A stretch of DNA of 64,000 nt from Antechinus flavipes (Eukaryota): NCBI RefSeq assembly GCF_016432865.1, contig NC_067404.1, forward strand, positions 50,716,001 through 50,780,000. Direction: 5' to 3'. The notes under the pieces are model-generated. The model saw only the letters and a list, made by a program, of their open reading frames with translations. It was not told where the DNA came from and did no database searches. Of this stretch, positions 41,901-56,340 are shown piece by piece. Position numbers and translations under genes: made by a program. Within the stretch, counting starts at the first letter, position 1, and every line of letters starts with the position of its first letter.

Positions 41901-43786
41901 CAGAAGGGCATCTGGAAGGACATTTTTTAAAAATCACATGGGCTAACCATACAACAATAAGCAAAAAAACTGGTATAGTCAACAGGAAGACAGTCATATT
42001 GTATGTACCAAGGATACAAAGTTCAGGTTGACTAGTTTTTGTACATGAATCCAAATTCATTTTGCAGTTTCTGAGACCTACATTTCAGAAATTATAATGC
42101 TTGGGAAAAAAAATCCAAGTCATATTCCCCTTTATTTAAAAAACAACAACCCCTACCACCTTCAAAATTGCATATTTTAAGTAGGAGAAAATTCTGATGC
42201 TGTGAAGGACAGATTATATTGTATATTCTTACTAGAAATATATAGTCACTGAATCTTGATATCAGAAAAGGGAATTCAAAGTATTTTCTAATTTCTTACT
42301 TTTGACTTAAAATGCTGTACCTTAATGACAAAAAATTAATATGCAATTTATTTTGGCAATGTTTGCAACTTTATCATTTAATGTCAGTAAGCCAGTTAAA
42401 AAAATAAGCAGTCTCCGAGTCTATTAGTTAACCCTAAAACAAGCTCTTGGAAAGATAGGATGACAGTATTTTGATTAACGTTTGAATCCTACAAAAATGG
42501 TGTAAGAAGATTGGATAATGATAAATGGCCAAAGCATTTCCATTAGAAAGTAAGAAAATAGCTAGCAGCAACCTAATCAACAAAATCTCCTAGAAAAGGA
42601 ATAAACACCACAATACTTTCTTCCTCTTTATTCAAGGTGATACTAAAGATGGAGGGAGGAGGATCATCAAAAGCCTAATGGTAACCAAGTATCACAATGG
42701 ATTTTATCAAATTCTGATACAAGTTTCAAATCCTAGATGGCTGAAGGAAAAGACAAAAGAGTAATATTTCAGCTTTAAAATTCCTGCCTGCTCTCAAATG
42801 TAGAAAATTGTTTTGTTGGTGCAGTGCTTGTGAAGGATCAACAGGATCCTCAAACAACTGGTATCAAATTCCCACTAGTGTTTTCAAAGTATAACATGTT
42901 TTCAAAGTACGTGCACATTTAATTTTTATACATCCCTTCTATATGCAGAAAATACTTGACAACATTTATCTCAATGAAGAGGCTGTCAATGGCACTGTTT
43001 GGGATTTCTTTATCCTTGACAATTGCCTCTGGATGCTGCTTAGGAATACCCAACCCATTTTCTATATTTTCCCAAGGGTGATCGCGCTTCCAGCTCTTCA
43101 AGGTATCCAATCTCCTTTATTTCAAAATTGTATAAACAAAGACTCAGATATGAGACTCTGTCTTTTCCTATTGGGTATGAAGGAGTAGGATATGTGGAAG
43201 AGAAAGTACAAGATTGTATTAAAGGAATAAGGAACAGGGATCTACAGCAGGGCTGCTAAGAACTATGGCAAAGGTTTCTACCAGAAGGAGGATTTCACCT
43301 CTTACTTCCAATGCTCCCTCTAGTAGAACACTTAATTCCCAGACCAAAATAATCACCATAAACTTTGGGGAATTTCAATCGATGTAATAGCTTTAATGTG
43401 CTCCTAGAATCTCAGGGAGAATTCTCAAAAAATTTCCTCATAAAAACAATGTGACATGTAATAGAGTTGAATGAGTATACTAAACTTCAAACATATGATT
43501 TATATGGCCATGTGCTTTCAAACTCCTAGAAAATTGCTTGTCAATAAACTCTAATAATCAGTTTCTATGCTGGGAAATGCATGTTTGCTAGACTCTCCAA
43601 AAAGGCTTCACAAAGAAAACAGGCTGATAAAAACATATATGAAGCAAATTCACTAGAACTGCCCGCTCAATTATATGATATTCAAGCCTAACAATTTGAG
43701 CAATGTAAGTTTTGTATTATAAAATGAGATTTATTACCAAACTAAACACAGCTTTCCAGATCCCTACCAAACAAAAGGGCATCTTA

Positions 43787-43939
<153 letters not shown>

Positions 43940-45065
43940 TTATGATAATTAAAAATTAAAAGTGTGTATTGTGAATCCTGTTTTCTCAGAAATCATTCTC
44001 ACAGACATTTTCACTTATTACTATAAAAAAGTCAAGATATAAAAGAAAACAATTCAAGTGCTATATTATCAAAATGCTAACAATGCTAATTAACTAATCC
44101 TTAGCTAACAAATATTAATTTACAAATCCAATTGCCTTCTTTTGCTCTATCATCATTCTTCATTGTAAAAGAATACATGAAAAAAGTACCATACATGACT
44201 GATTTTTATTCAACAGAAACCCAAGTTCAGATTTTTCTGGACAGTATTCTCTAGTATTTCAGAATTCAATGGTACAGAAAAACTATATATGGTTAACAGA
44301 AACCAGTATAAATTAGAGCTGATTATTAGTAAATGAGCAGTAGAAATGTGATTTCCTCTATATGAATTCCTTTTTCCTTAAAGGATAGTTGATGAGCTAG
44401 TATTGGTTTTAAGGTTTTCTTCATGCACAGAAGTGTAATTTATGCAACAAAAGTGAAGATTAAAATCCAAAACTTTAGGAAAATTCATTAAGGACTTTCT
44501 ACTTAATTTGTCTTAATGAGTCTATGAAAAGACTCTATAATTTACCTTTCCAATTCATTAACTATAACATCTAAGTTTTGCTCTCATTTATTGAGAAGGG
44601 TCAATGCCAGAAGAAAACAAGAGCATAAAAAAATCTACAACATGTAGACTAACATCTTCATTTTAATGATGAGGAAACTGAGCCCCAGGAAGAGGAAATG
44701 ATTTGCAGTAGGATGTATTTGATTTTTTTACTTATTCACTTCAGTAGTTTTTCTTTTATTTTTTGAGTAATATATGCTAAAATGTGCTTTGTCTTTCAAC
44801 TACTCCCAATCTGTGTTTGTGAAATACTATTTGCACCTACTTTAAATAGCCACGCATGATTTATTAATTTAAAACAAGAAAAAAAAATTTCTGGACATAA
44901 AGCAAATTTTAACAATCACATTAAAAATATTTAAAATTGACTAGAGTTGGAAGAACTTGACTTCAGTTAGGCAAGTGCACACAGCAAATAAGGTAAAGAG
45001 GGCATTCAAATAAGTTTTTTGGGGTCCCCCCCTAACAAATCTCTATACTATCTGTACTAACATTA

Positions 45066-45179
<114 letters not shown>

Positions 45180-45263
45180 CTATAAAAATAAACAACACAA
45201 AGTTAGCAGACAAGTCAAATGTTTCTAGAATCCAACCTACACATACAACTTTTAAATACAAAC

Positions 45264-45351
45264 CTGTTCAGGCATGTCTCCATTTTCAATACCAGTTTTC
45301 AATAGCTTGTAGTTACAACCAAACAAATCCCATCTTGAAAGATCATGGGTA
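45264..45351 (-). CDS. STAG2: STAG2 exon 22-equivalent, 88 nt ([29 protein letters not shown])
   Basis: ttcttccag|TACCCAT ... GAACAG|gtttgt. Confidence 0.94.
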
Positions 45352-45968
45352 CTGGAAGAAATTTTGAAAAGCTGAAGTCATTAAAAAATCAAATTTAACC
45401 ACATTAATTTGTAACATTACTGTTAAAGAAATAATACTTATTTATCACCATAAACACCCATTCCATAAAAACAAAAAACAGATCCAAATAATAAATTCCC
45501 CGCAATACTATTTTTTCAAAGTCTGATTTGCTTTTAGGATTCTGAAAATTTTTAAAATAATTTTAGTAATTTTTCAATTCAAAATATAAGTATTAGTATA
45601 TTAAAGGATGATAAATTATAACTTTCTTCAACCTCAGGAAATTTTTCCAAGAATAACTCAGCTAAATTGACAATGTATGAAATAAATTAGAGTTTATTGA
45701 TGAAGTCTCTGAGGAATTATAAGAGACATTTACTAGTCCTTTAAGACAAAACATAAAATCTACAATATTTTTTAACAGGCACTCATCCAACCACAGAAAA
45801 GCAGTCATTAACTCTACTTACCAAAGCAGCCTGTTCTATTCTAAGAGAGTAATAATAATCACTCCTCTCTAAAAGTGAACAGAATCTGCTTTACTAAAGT
45901 TTCCAACCACTCTGGTTCTACACTTTGAGACCCAATAAAATAAATCACCCTGTAACATTAACACTTAC

Positions 45969-46039
45969 TTGTGAAAAGCAGTGATCCTTTTTAATGTTGA
46001 TAAGACCTGATAGGCATCATCTTCATCAGGTTCTTCACC
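45969..46039 (-). CDS. STAG2: STAG2 exon 21-equivalent, 71 nt ([24 protein letters not shown])
   Basis: attaatag|GGTGAAGAA ... CACAA|gtaagt. Confidence 0.95.
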
Positions 46040-46554
46040 CTATTAATATTAATTGTATAATATTAGACACTATAAATCACTACAGGAAAGTCCTAACTGT
46101 TCAAAACAAAACCACCACCTTGGAGAAAGGCAAAGTATGAGATGGGCAACAACAAGAGAACTGCAATTTTTACTCCTGTTTCAAGGCCTGCAATCATTTT
46201 AGAGACATAGGAAATAACAAGTGTTACATCACAGATACATTACAAATAAAGGATGAGTGAGGAGAGAAATAAAATGGATGAACAATCTTTTTCCAATGTT
46301 AATGAAAAACAGAAAGGGGGAAATGAGGAAGAAAATCAGGCTCATAATAAAGTAGCTAAATTGGAACACATAAGGGAGGAGCAAAAAAGAAAATATTATT
46401 ACAAGTACTAAATATGTGTCACAAGAAAAAGTCTCAAGGATATACGGGCTAAATTCATGTAAAATGAGAAGTTATTAAATAAAAATCTAAATGTTGTAAT
46501 AAATTGATGTCTAACTCTTAGTAACCCTACAGAGGTTTTCTTGTTAGAGAAAAG

Positions 46555-46720
46555 GAAGTGGTTTACCATTTTCTCCTCCAATTCATTTTGCAGATGAGGA
46601 AACCAAGGCAAACAAAGTTAAATGATTTGTCCAGAGTCATGTTGCTGATATGTGCCTGAGGTCAGATTTGAACTGGGGAAGATGAGTCTTCAGGCTGGCA
46701 CTCTACCCACTGTGCTAGCT
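46555..46720 (-). mobile_element. Mar1/MIR-like SINE
   Basis: cattttgcagatgaggaaaccaaggcaaacaaagttaaatgatttgtccagagtca...gtcagatttgaact. Confidence 0.7.
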
Positions 46721-49331
46721 ACTCTGTTGTTTTTTACAAAAACATTGCTAGGTACTTAACAATATCTCATTTAAAACTGAAAGGGAAGGAGGGAAAACCA
46801 GCTGGATCAAATATCTAGTTAGCTATGTGATAAATTCAGTTAACTAAGCTGTTTCAGATTAAAAGACAAGGTGATAGAAAAATTAAATTTGCAAACTGTA
46901 AAGAAATGTATTTTAGCTATTATTATTATTATCATCCCCATGTTAAGATGAGGAGAATAAGGCTGGAAAGATAAGAAAAGTCCAGAAGCTTCTTCTACAG
47001 AAATTTTAAAAATTTGCCAAGGGTAGTCTTTTTTTTTTAAATGGGCAATAACCCATCAATTAGGGAACTGCTAAATATAAAAGTTATGTTATATGAATAT
47101 AAGAGAATACATAATGATACTATAAGAATAATTAAGGGGACAGTTTGAAAAAAATCTGGGAAAACTTGTGAACTATGAACTGACAAACTGTTAAATGAGT
47201 AGAACCAGGAGAAAAAAGTATATGATAAACAATAACCTAAAGACACTTTGAAAGACTTAGGAACTTTGATCAACACAATGGCCTATCTCCCAACAAAGGT
47301 AATAAACTCAGAGTACTGCTTAAGAGTCTTTCTTTGGGAGAGGGGATGGCCAATAGGAAAATTGGGTTTGCTTGATTATTCTTGCTTTAAAAGGAGTTTT
47401 GTTTTTCTTTGTTTTTCTTCTATGCCCAGGAGGGCGGCAAGGTGGAAGGAGAAAGGGAAAAAAAGGATGTTTCTCTGATTCATTTCTTATGTGCTTGTAA
47501 TTTTAAATTATTCACTACTGTCTTATATCTAATGAAGAAGCAGAATTCTAGAATTCTGATACTGTAAATTCAAAAACTAAATTTCTCCTACACACAAAAA
47601 TTACTATTTTAAGAATTTTTAAATGGTGAATTCATTTAAGAATTCCACACCAGTATATCAATACCTTTTAATTCCTTGAAAACTGTAAACACACTGAAGA
47701 ATAGAATTCAAATGGATAATCTATAAAATATTAAACTAAACATTACACAGATCATTTAATTTAAAAGGGGAGTTCATATAATTATTGTAGTAAAAACAAA
47801 GGAAGTAAAACACAAAGACTGGTAATTTGAAGTAGAAATATGGCTTTTTCAACTGTGCAAATAATTTCTGTAGAGAAAATATTTAATAATAAAAAGCAAA
47901 AATGAAAATATGGACTTGTAATTTGAAAAGTGCTTTCCATGTAGCACATTTGAATCTAACAATCTTATGAAGCAGTTGCCCTACGAATTAGAAATATCAT
48001 TCTGTAAATGAAGAAACTGAAGCTTAAAGAGAGTAAATAATGAGCACGCTTGGTCTGAACCTAGGTTCATCCACCAAAACATACTGACTTATGTATGTGG
48101 ACACATAATAAGCAAGTCAAAGAACTAACAAGAGAGCTCAGAGACCATCTAGCCCAAACTGCAATTAAAACTGTATACAAACAATATTTTCCTCTCAAAT
48201 ATACCTGAAGAAGAATCATAGGTTACATGCTGGGCTGAGTTCATTTCACATATGAAGAAGTCAAAGCAAAAGGAGAGGGAAAAAAAGTTGATCAAGGTCA
48301 GAAAGCTAAATAACTATGGTAAGCTTTCAACAACTCCATGGCAGGATTTTTTTATAAGGGAATCCTGCTTTTCAGACACCAAAAAGCATACTAAAATATT
48401 GTTTAAAATAAGAGCCAAAAACAAAATAGATGCCCAATGACAGGGTAATGGGTATTTTTTTAAAAGTATGTTATATGAATATAATGGAATATTATGGACC
48501 AAATTAGTATGGAATACGATTATGTCTCCTTGCTGTTTCTACAGTAGCATGTTGCATTCTCCCTGTAATAAATAAATACCTCTTCCAATTTAGTACAGCT
48601 TTCTACAGCCTCTGATGCTAGCAGATAGCAACAGAAGGGATTCCCTAAAGAAGAGTTTATCCTGTATGGACATAGCCTTTAATTAACGTTCTTTCAGGCT
48701 TGGAAATCTCATCTTCCACAACTTAGTTTCTTTCCTATAACCTTAGCTTTAAGAAGGTTTTCCTAGCCCTCCTCAATGCCAGTGCTTTCCAAGTTGTCCT
48801 ACATTCCTTATTTGGACATTTTTCGTTTGTATGCTGTCTCCCCAAAAACACTGAGATCCTTGAGAATAGGGACTGCTTTAGCTTTTTGTTGTATCACCCA
48901 CAAATCCAAAACATGGTAGGTGTTTAGTAAAAGCTTGTTGACATGATCAGCTAGACAAATCCCTATCTCCAAATCCTGTATTACCTCATAAGGAAATAAA
49001 TGTGCTATATGAAAATCTTCTATGCAAATATAAACTATTATTCTCATCATCATCCCACTCCTTTGGATCAGTGCTATGAAGTATTATTCTTTGACCCTTC
49101 TTTCCCCCATTTTTTCAATCTCAGCTTTCTTCTTCAGCTTCAAGTCATTTATAAACTAATAACTGTGAAGGTAATACATGCAAGTTTACCAAAAATCTAT
49201 CAACTGACTTCTATTTTTGCCTAAATCCAATCATAAGTTATGATTTACTAACTTTCTATAGTTTCAAATGAAATCACTATAAAATTCTTAAATATGAACA
49301 TTAGAGCCTCTATTTTGACAGACATATACTA

Positions 49332-49664
<333 letters not shown>

Positions 49665-50106
49665 TTAACATTTGTCAGTAAAACAAGGTAAATACAATAC
49701 CATAATAAGAGAAAGATGGAATACTAATAAAAATCAATAAAGCTTATAAATATTGTGAGTTAAGAGCCATATTACACTGTCTTGCTCTTGTACCTAGATT
49801 CATACCCAGGCTGGACAAGAAAACTGAAAACAAAATAGTTCAAAAATCAAACCCCTATTTTTAACTTTATGATCATTCTTTTCTAAGAAAATAAACTAGG
49901 ATATAAAACTGAGAAATAATAGCCCCTTGATGAAAAGACTAGAAAACCAATACAAGGTAGAAAAACCTAGTATTTAATGTGTTTATTTTATTTCATATCA
50001 ACTCTACAGAATTTAGAATTAACATAAATTAACATAAACATTGAACAAATATTTAAAGTGATATTATCTGATCCAAAATTCGACTATTTTATAAACAAAA
50101 ATCCAA

Positions 50107-50129
50107 AAAAAAAAAAAAAAAAAAAAAAA
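50107..50129 (+). repeat. Poly(A) mononucleotide run (~23 nt)
   Basis: Direct reading. Confidence 0.9.
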
Positions 50130-50224
50130 AGAAATTATCTTTGTAATAATGTTAAGAAATGAAGGTGGCAAAAAGGAATTTTCTTGATCCCACCTATTAT
50201 AGAATTTTGGTTTTTAGTTTATAT

Positions 50225-50362
50225 ATTTATTTTTTGCTGAGGGAACTGAGGTTAAATGACTTGCACAGCGTCACTACAGCTAGGAAGCATTAAATGTCTG
50301 AAGCCAGAGTTGAAATCAGGTCCTCCTGACTTCAGGATTACTGCATCATCTAGATGTCCCAA
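50225..50362 (-). mobile_element. WSINE1-like SINE
   Basis: tttttgctgagggaactgaggttaaatgacttgcacagcgtcac...aggtcctcctgacttcagg...tagatgtccc. Confidence 0.75.
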
Positions 50363-50373
50363 GGGTACTATTA

Positions 50374-50562
<189 letters not shown>

Positions 50563-50706
50563 TTAAAAAAAAGTAACAATAATAGCAGTGTTAAATAAGC
50601 ATTATCAGTAACAGTATATTTATAAAATACTGTATTTGTAAAGCAATTATAGATGTGAAGTATCCAAGTGACAGTCAGTATTAAATAACATTGAGATCAG
50701 TTTTTA

Positions 50707-50805
<99 letters not shown>

Positions 50806-51524
50806 CTAAATTTAGAAGATATGTTAGGTGTGGCAAAGTTTAAAAACTACAAATACTAATTCTAAAATATAATTTTTATCTGCTATTAAACATCATAGTA
50901 TCAAAATTCTCCACCTGAATGCTATATATTAACTATGAATTAGTCTACATAAGCAGGCTATCTATAATAAAAATTAAGAAACTTAATTTTTAAAAAAATC
51001 ATTTTTCCTCAGCTATCCGATTCTATCCTCCCTCAACTAAAAAGCTAAAAAGGCAGGAAGCAAAATCAACACACCCCTACTTAACAACTCTCATATTTAC
51101 CTTTGAAAAACAGGAATAAAAACTGTAACCAGGGACAGTGAAATTATGTCAGAATATGCTTTACTTTACTAAACTCTTCTTCGGGAACCATGTATAAGAA
51201 GTACAAAACTATAAGTGACCGCTGTAATAATGTTATTAACGATAATAAAAGCTAGAGTACAAAAATACTGGGGTTTTTAGTAACCAAACTGAAATCAACA
51301 GATGAACCTAAAAGATCTTTACAATAACAAGAGAACCAGACCAAAAAAAATGAAAACATCAATCTTGAACTTCAGACAAAATAAAAAGAATCTATTGAGT
51401 TTATAAATTCAAATTATATATACCCCAAATTAAATGAAATAATTTAAGTGAAATACATATTAGAAAGCAAATTCATAATGTTTGAAAAGAAAATTTTCAT
51501 ATCTCAAGGTCTTTAGTACTATCA

Positions 51525-51647
<123 letters not shown>

Positions 51648-51965
51648 TTAAGTCAATTCTATCACCAGATTACCGCAAATAATTATTCTGTAACTGGCTC
51701 TCCTGTCTATAACCAGGCTCTAGGAGACTCATTCTTCTCAGATGAATGAATTTACCTAGAAAAATCTAGGTATAGGAATTGCAATCTACAACATGATATA
51801 TAGATATATTTTACATTGTTTGCATGTATGTGTTTATATATACGTACATATACATGATAGATCAATCACACATATCATCTCTATTTAATGTAATAATTAA
51901 CACACTAATTTCTTTATGTCAAATTAGAATTATATCACTGTTAGTCAGCCAGAAGTTTAAATTCA

Positions 51966-52148
<183 letters not shown>

Positions 52149-53850
52149 TTAAAAACATAACTGCTTCACATCATATCCCTTTCAGGGACTGCCCTTCTGT
52201 AACTCCTTGTCACCAAATAAAAGACTAAGGTTTATACAGAAAAAAAGATTAGCACAAAACAGAAAAGAAAAGCTACAGGTAAACTATCTAGGCTGGATCA
52301 TTACCAGAAATCACACCAAAGCTCTCGTTAATAACATTAATATCATATAAGGTATATGGGAAAAAATTGGGAAACTTTAAATGGCTAAAGAAATAGTAAT
52401 ATTATTGCCATAAAAATATAAGTACAGAGAAGCATATGAAAATTTTTTTTTAAATCCCGTAACACAAATTAGAATATTTTTAAAATTATATACATTGTAT
52501 AAACAGAAAGAACCAACAACCTTTTATGTCACAAAATTACAGAGAGCAAGGAAGAAATATGAGAAAGGAGCTACATGTCTCTCTCAACCCCAACTCCTTT
52601 CCATAAGTGGATGATCCAAGTATGTGGAAGGTAGAGCATACCCTCAGATTTTGACAAATCTTAAGTTTTTTCTGTATATTCATACTTTTAAAAAATTTTT
52701 CTGTTAAAAGGGGTGGCTCTCTGGTAAAGGAGAGAAAAGGAATTTGAAATACAGGATGAACTCTAGATGAAATAATTTACTTTAAAAATTGAATACTTCA
52801 TAAATGACAGCTTAATATACATCAAAGAACAGCATATTGCTACTTGGACATATGACCTAAAAGCAGCATTTATATCCATCCTTTAATTTTCCCACTTTAT
52901 AAATGAAAAATGTTTAATGTCCCTTTCCAATGAGAACATTCTGACTACAAAAGTATACTAAAAAAAAATACTTTGTGTTACTGTTTACTCTCTGCATTGC
53001 ATGTAAAATTATAGACCAACAATAGAAACCAAATCAGGATAATGAGGTAACTACAAGAAAGCACAGTTCAAAGTGATCCAGAAATATTCAGCCCATGTAG
53101 AGCCTCACCTTCCCCATGTGATAAGTGGAGAGACAAATTCAAAACTAGCTTTATTTTTCCTTTTAACTCCTATTCATTTTTTAGAGTAGCAACTAAAATA
53201 TATTTAGGAATCATATTAACCTAGAAATTAAAAATCTATTACTTGCATACAAAAATAAAATTGACTTCAGATATTTGTTTATAAATTGCATACACTTCTT
53301 TTTGCACTGACTTGCAAGGAGTGCCACTAAGTACATACTATATCAAACTATAAAATATAATAGGGATTTTTAAAACTAGAAGATGACACAATTGATAAGA
53401 ACTTTAAATAAAAATTTATCTTAATGCATATTCAAGATCTCAGTTTGGAACACTCCAATAAAAGCCAGTATTCAAAGATGTAAAGAAGAAGAAAAAAATG
53501 TTTTAATACAGGGCTATCCAAAAATTTGTTGACAAACGTAGATTCAATTAAAATCAGTAGGGTCGGGACAAAATAGCAATATATCTGCCAAGTGATTCTT
53601 TTAAAGTCTTTTTTCAAATGTATTATCTTATTTAATTTTTATAAAATTAGAAGATAAGCAAACACTAAGGACATTAACAACCATAGACAAGTAATCCAAA
53701 GGAAAGCCAAAAAACAAGTAAAACTGCTATGTAGAACAGGCTGATGGATTGTAAACAGGCAAAACCTGTACGTCACAAACTTAGACAAGTTAGCTAAGCC
53801 CATCAGGAAGAAGGCAGACTTATTCTATTAACATTAAAATGTTAGTGATT

Positions 53851-53998
53851 GGGGCAGCTAGGTAGCGCAGGAGATAGAGCACCAGCCCTGAAGTCAGGAG
53901 GACCGGAGTTCAAATCTGGCCTCAGACATGTAACACTTCCTATGTGACATTGGGCAAGTCACTTAACTCCAATTGACTCAGTTAAAAAAAAAAAAAAA
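53851..53998 (+). mobile_element. WSINE1-like SINE with A15 tail and target-site duplication GTTAGTGAT
   Basis: TSD at 53841-53849 and 53999-54007. Confidence 0.9.
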
Positions 53999-54159
53999 GT
54001 TAGTGATCAAGTGTCATTATAAAGTCAGTGTCATTATATTATGACAGAATACATCATTTACACAATAAATTACAAATGCATTAAATGGCTTCAATCCAGG
54101 TTGAGCTTGTTCTACCAGCAGGAATAATTATCAAAATGAGCTTTTAAAATTAGCGAAAT

Positions 54160-54470
54160 TTACTCTGTTATTGTTTGCTTGCATTTTTGTTTTTCTTCCC
54201 AGGTTATTTTTACCTTCTTTCTAAATCCAATTTTTCTTGTACAGCAAGACAGCTGTATAAATTTGTATACATATATTGTATTTAACATATACTTTAACAT
54301 ATTTAACATGTATGGGACTACCTGCCCATAGAGGAGGTGATGGAGGGAAGGAGAGAAAAAGTTGACAGAAGTTTTTGCAAGGGTCAATGTTGAAAAATTA
54401 CCCATGCATATGTTTTGTCAATAAAAAGCTATTAAAAAAAAAGAAGACAAAATAAAATAAAATAAAATAA
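54160..54470 (+). mobile_element. L1 3'UTR fragment with A-rich tail
   Basis: ttaacatgtatgggactacctgccc...gcaagggtcaatgttgaaaaattacccatgcatatgttttgtcaataaaaagctatt + A-rich tail. Confidence 0.7.
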
Positions 54471-54515
54471 AATTAGCAAAGAAAATGTTGAACAGAATAT
54501 AAAAATGCTACTAAC

Positions 54516-54627
54516 CTCGCTTTCCAAAAAGAAAAATACCAATGTCTTGACAAGGTTGGCATTTGGGCTCTGTCTTCCCCTTCTTTTGAGGATTCCATCT
54601 TCTTCGGGATCTCTGCGACTAAAAAGC
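54516..54627 (-). CDS. STAG2: STAG2 exon 15-equivalent, 112 nt ([37 protein letters not shown])
   Basis: gttgtag|GCTTTTT ... AGCGAG|gttagt; inside ORF 54432..54641. Confidence 0.95.
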
Positions 54628-56217
54628 CTACAACCAAACAAAAAAATTTACTACTTAAAAAAAGAAAATTTCTGTAATTTAAAAAAGATGTTTTCCAAAC
54701 TCATTCTGACTAACAATTTAAGAAAAGACAAACACACACTTTTTGTCCATAATGGCCACCAATATTTCCTCCATATATGGAAAGTGAACCATTTTTATTT
54801 CCTACTCTGTTGAATTACTTTAAAATATTTCCATTTTATAAAATAACTCATATTTTTAGTAGGGGACATTTGATGTTTTTCAATTCAACAAATAAAGGCT
54901 TTTTTCCCCAAAGGTGCTGCACTAATCTTTTTCAATCTCACTTATTAATTCACATCCCCTGACAAAAAAAGGATTTTAAAAATTCAATTTAAAAAAAGAA
55001 AAATTACAAACTTACAGTCAGCAGTACATTTCTATAGGTAATAGAGGGTTGTTTTTCAAAAAACAAACAAAAATTAAATTAAATCTCATTACTCAATGAG
55101 ATGAAGGCATGTTACTAAAACCTAATATATACATTTTTGTTTAATTTTCCATGTAATTCAAATACTAAAACCTCGTGAGGAAAACATCAAAGCACATAAA
55201 AATTTCTGACTCCATGTAGTCTCATGTTCCCTCTGACTATCAGTATCCTAATTTCCCACAAAATTTGCTCAATGATCATAGATCATTATATATTCATTCT
55301 CCCTATTCTGAACTATCATTTCCTTCCAGCCTCTATCCCCTCAAATAAAGATGTTAAAAATCACACAAAGTAAAGGTAGCATTTAATAAGTACCTACTAT
55401 GAGAGAGATGCTGTGCTAAGTGCCTCAGCATATTTCACAACTAAGGATACTGAGGCCTCCAGTCAAAAAGTTACTGTTTGAGGCCAGAATTAAATTCAGG
55501 TATTCCTGACTCTAGAATGAGCTTTAATTGCTACATTACCAAGCTGTGTACCAATTCCTAAACTTCTGCTGATAGGACCCCTCCAAAAAAGTGGATGGCT
55601 TAAACATGTGTTTCTAAAATGTTACTTTATCAGGGAAATTTAGTAAAGCTTTTATTGAATCAATAATACAGAAGAGAAATAACTAAGCAGAAGTAAATGT
55701 TGAAGTCAAATTTGAGGGTTTGATGAGTCACATTTTGAACTTACAAAATCAAGTTGAGTATCACTATAGGCTTTACTCTAAAGATCAGTCCATTAAAATA
55801 TATTTTGAAACAAATAAAAACAATGAATACATTTCTGGTTCAGGGCAGAAAGTACACTGAATTGGGGATCAAAGACTCCAAAGCACTAACTTGTGTGACC
55901 ATGTAACACTAACCTCTGTGACCATGAGAAGTCACTTCATTTCCCTGGGGCTCAGTGACTTCACATGTAAATAAAGACAGAGAACTAGATTGTCTGCAAT
56001 TTTGTTTCAGCATCAAATCCATTGAGTTTGTCATTGTTAAAATATCACTAAAAATGATACAACCTGGGATTTTTAAAGTAATATTAAATATGGAAAAAAG
56101 CCAACTTAACTTAAACTAGCATTTTCTTAGGAGAAAGTGTTTTGGTTACGATTCTTAAAAGACACAGAAAAATGTAAACATTATAAATTTCACAAAGAGA
56201 CATATAAACCTGACTTA

Positions 56218-56340
<123 letters not shown>

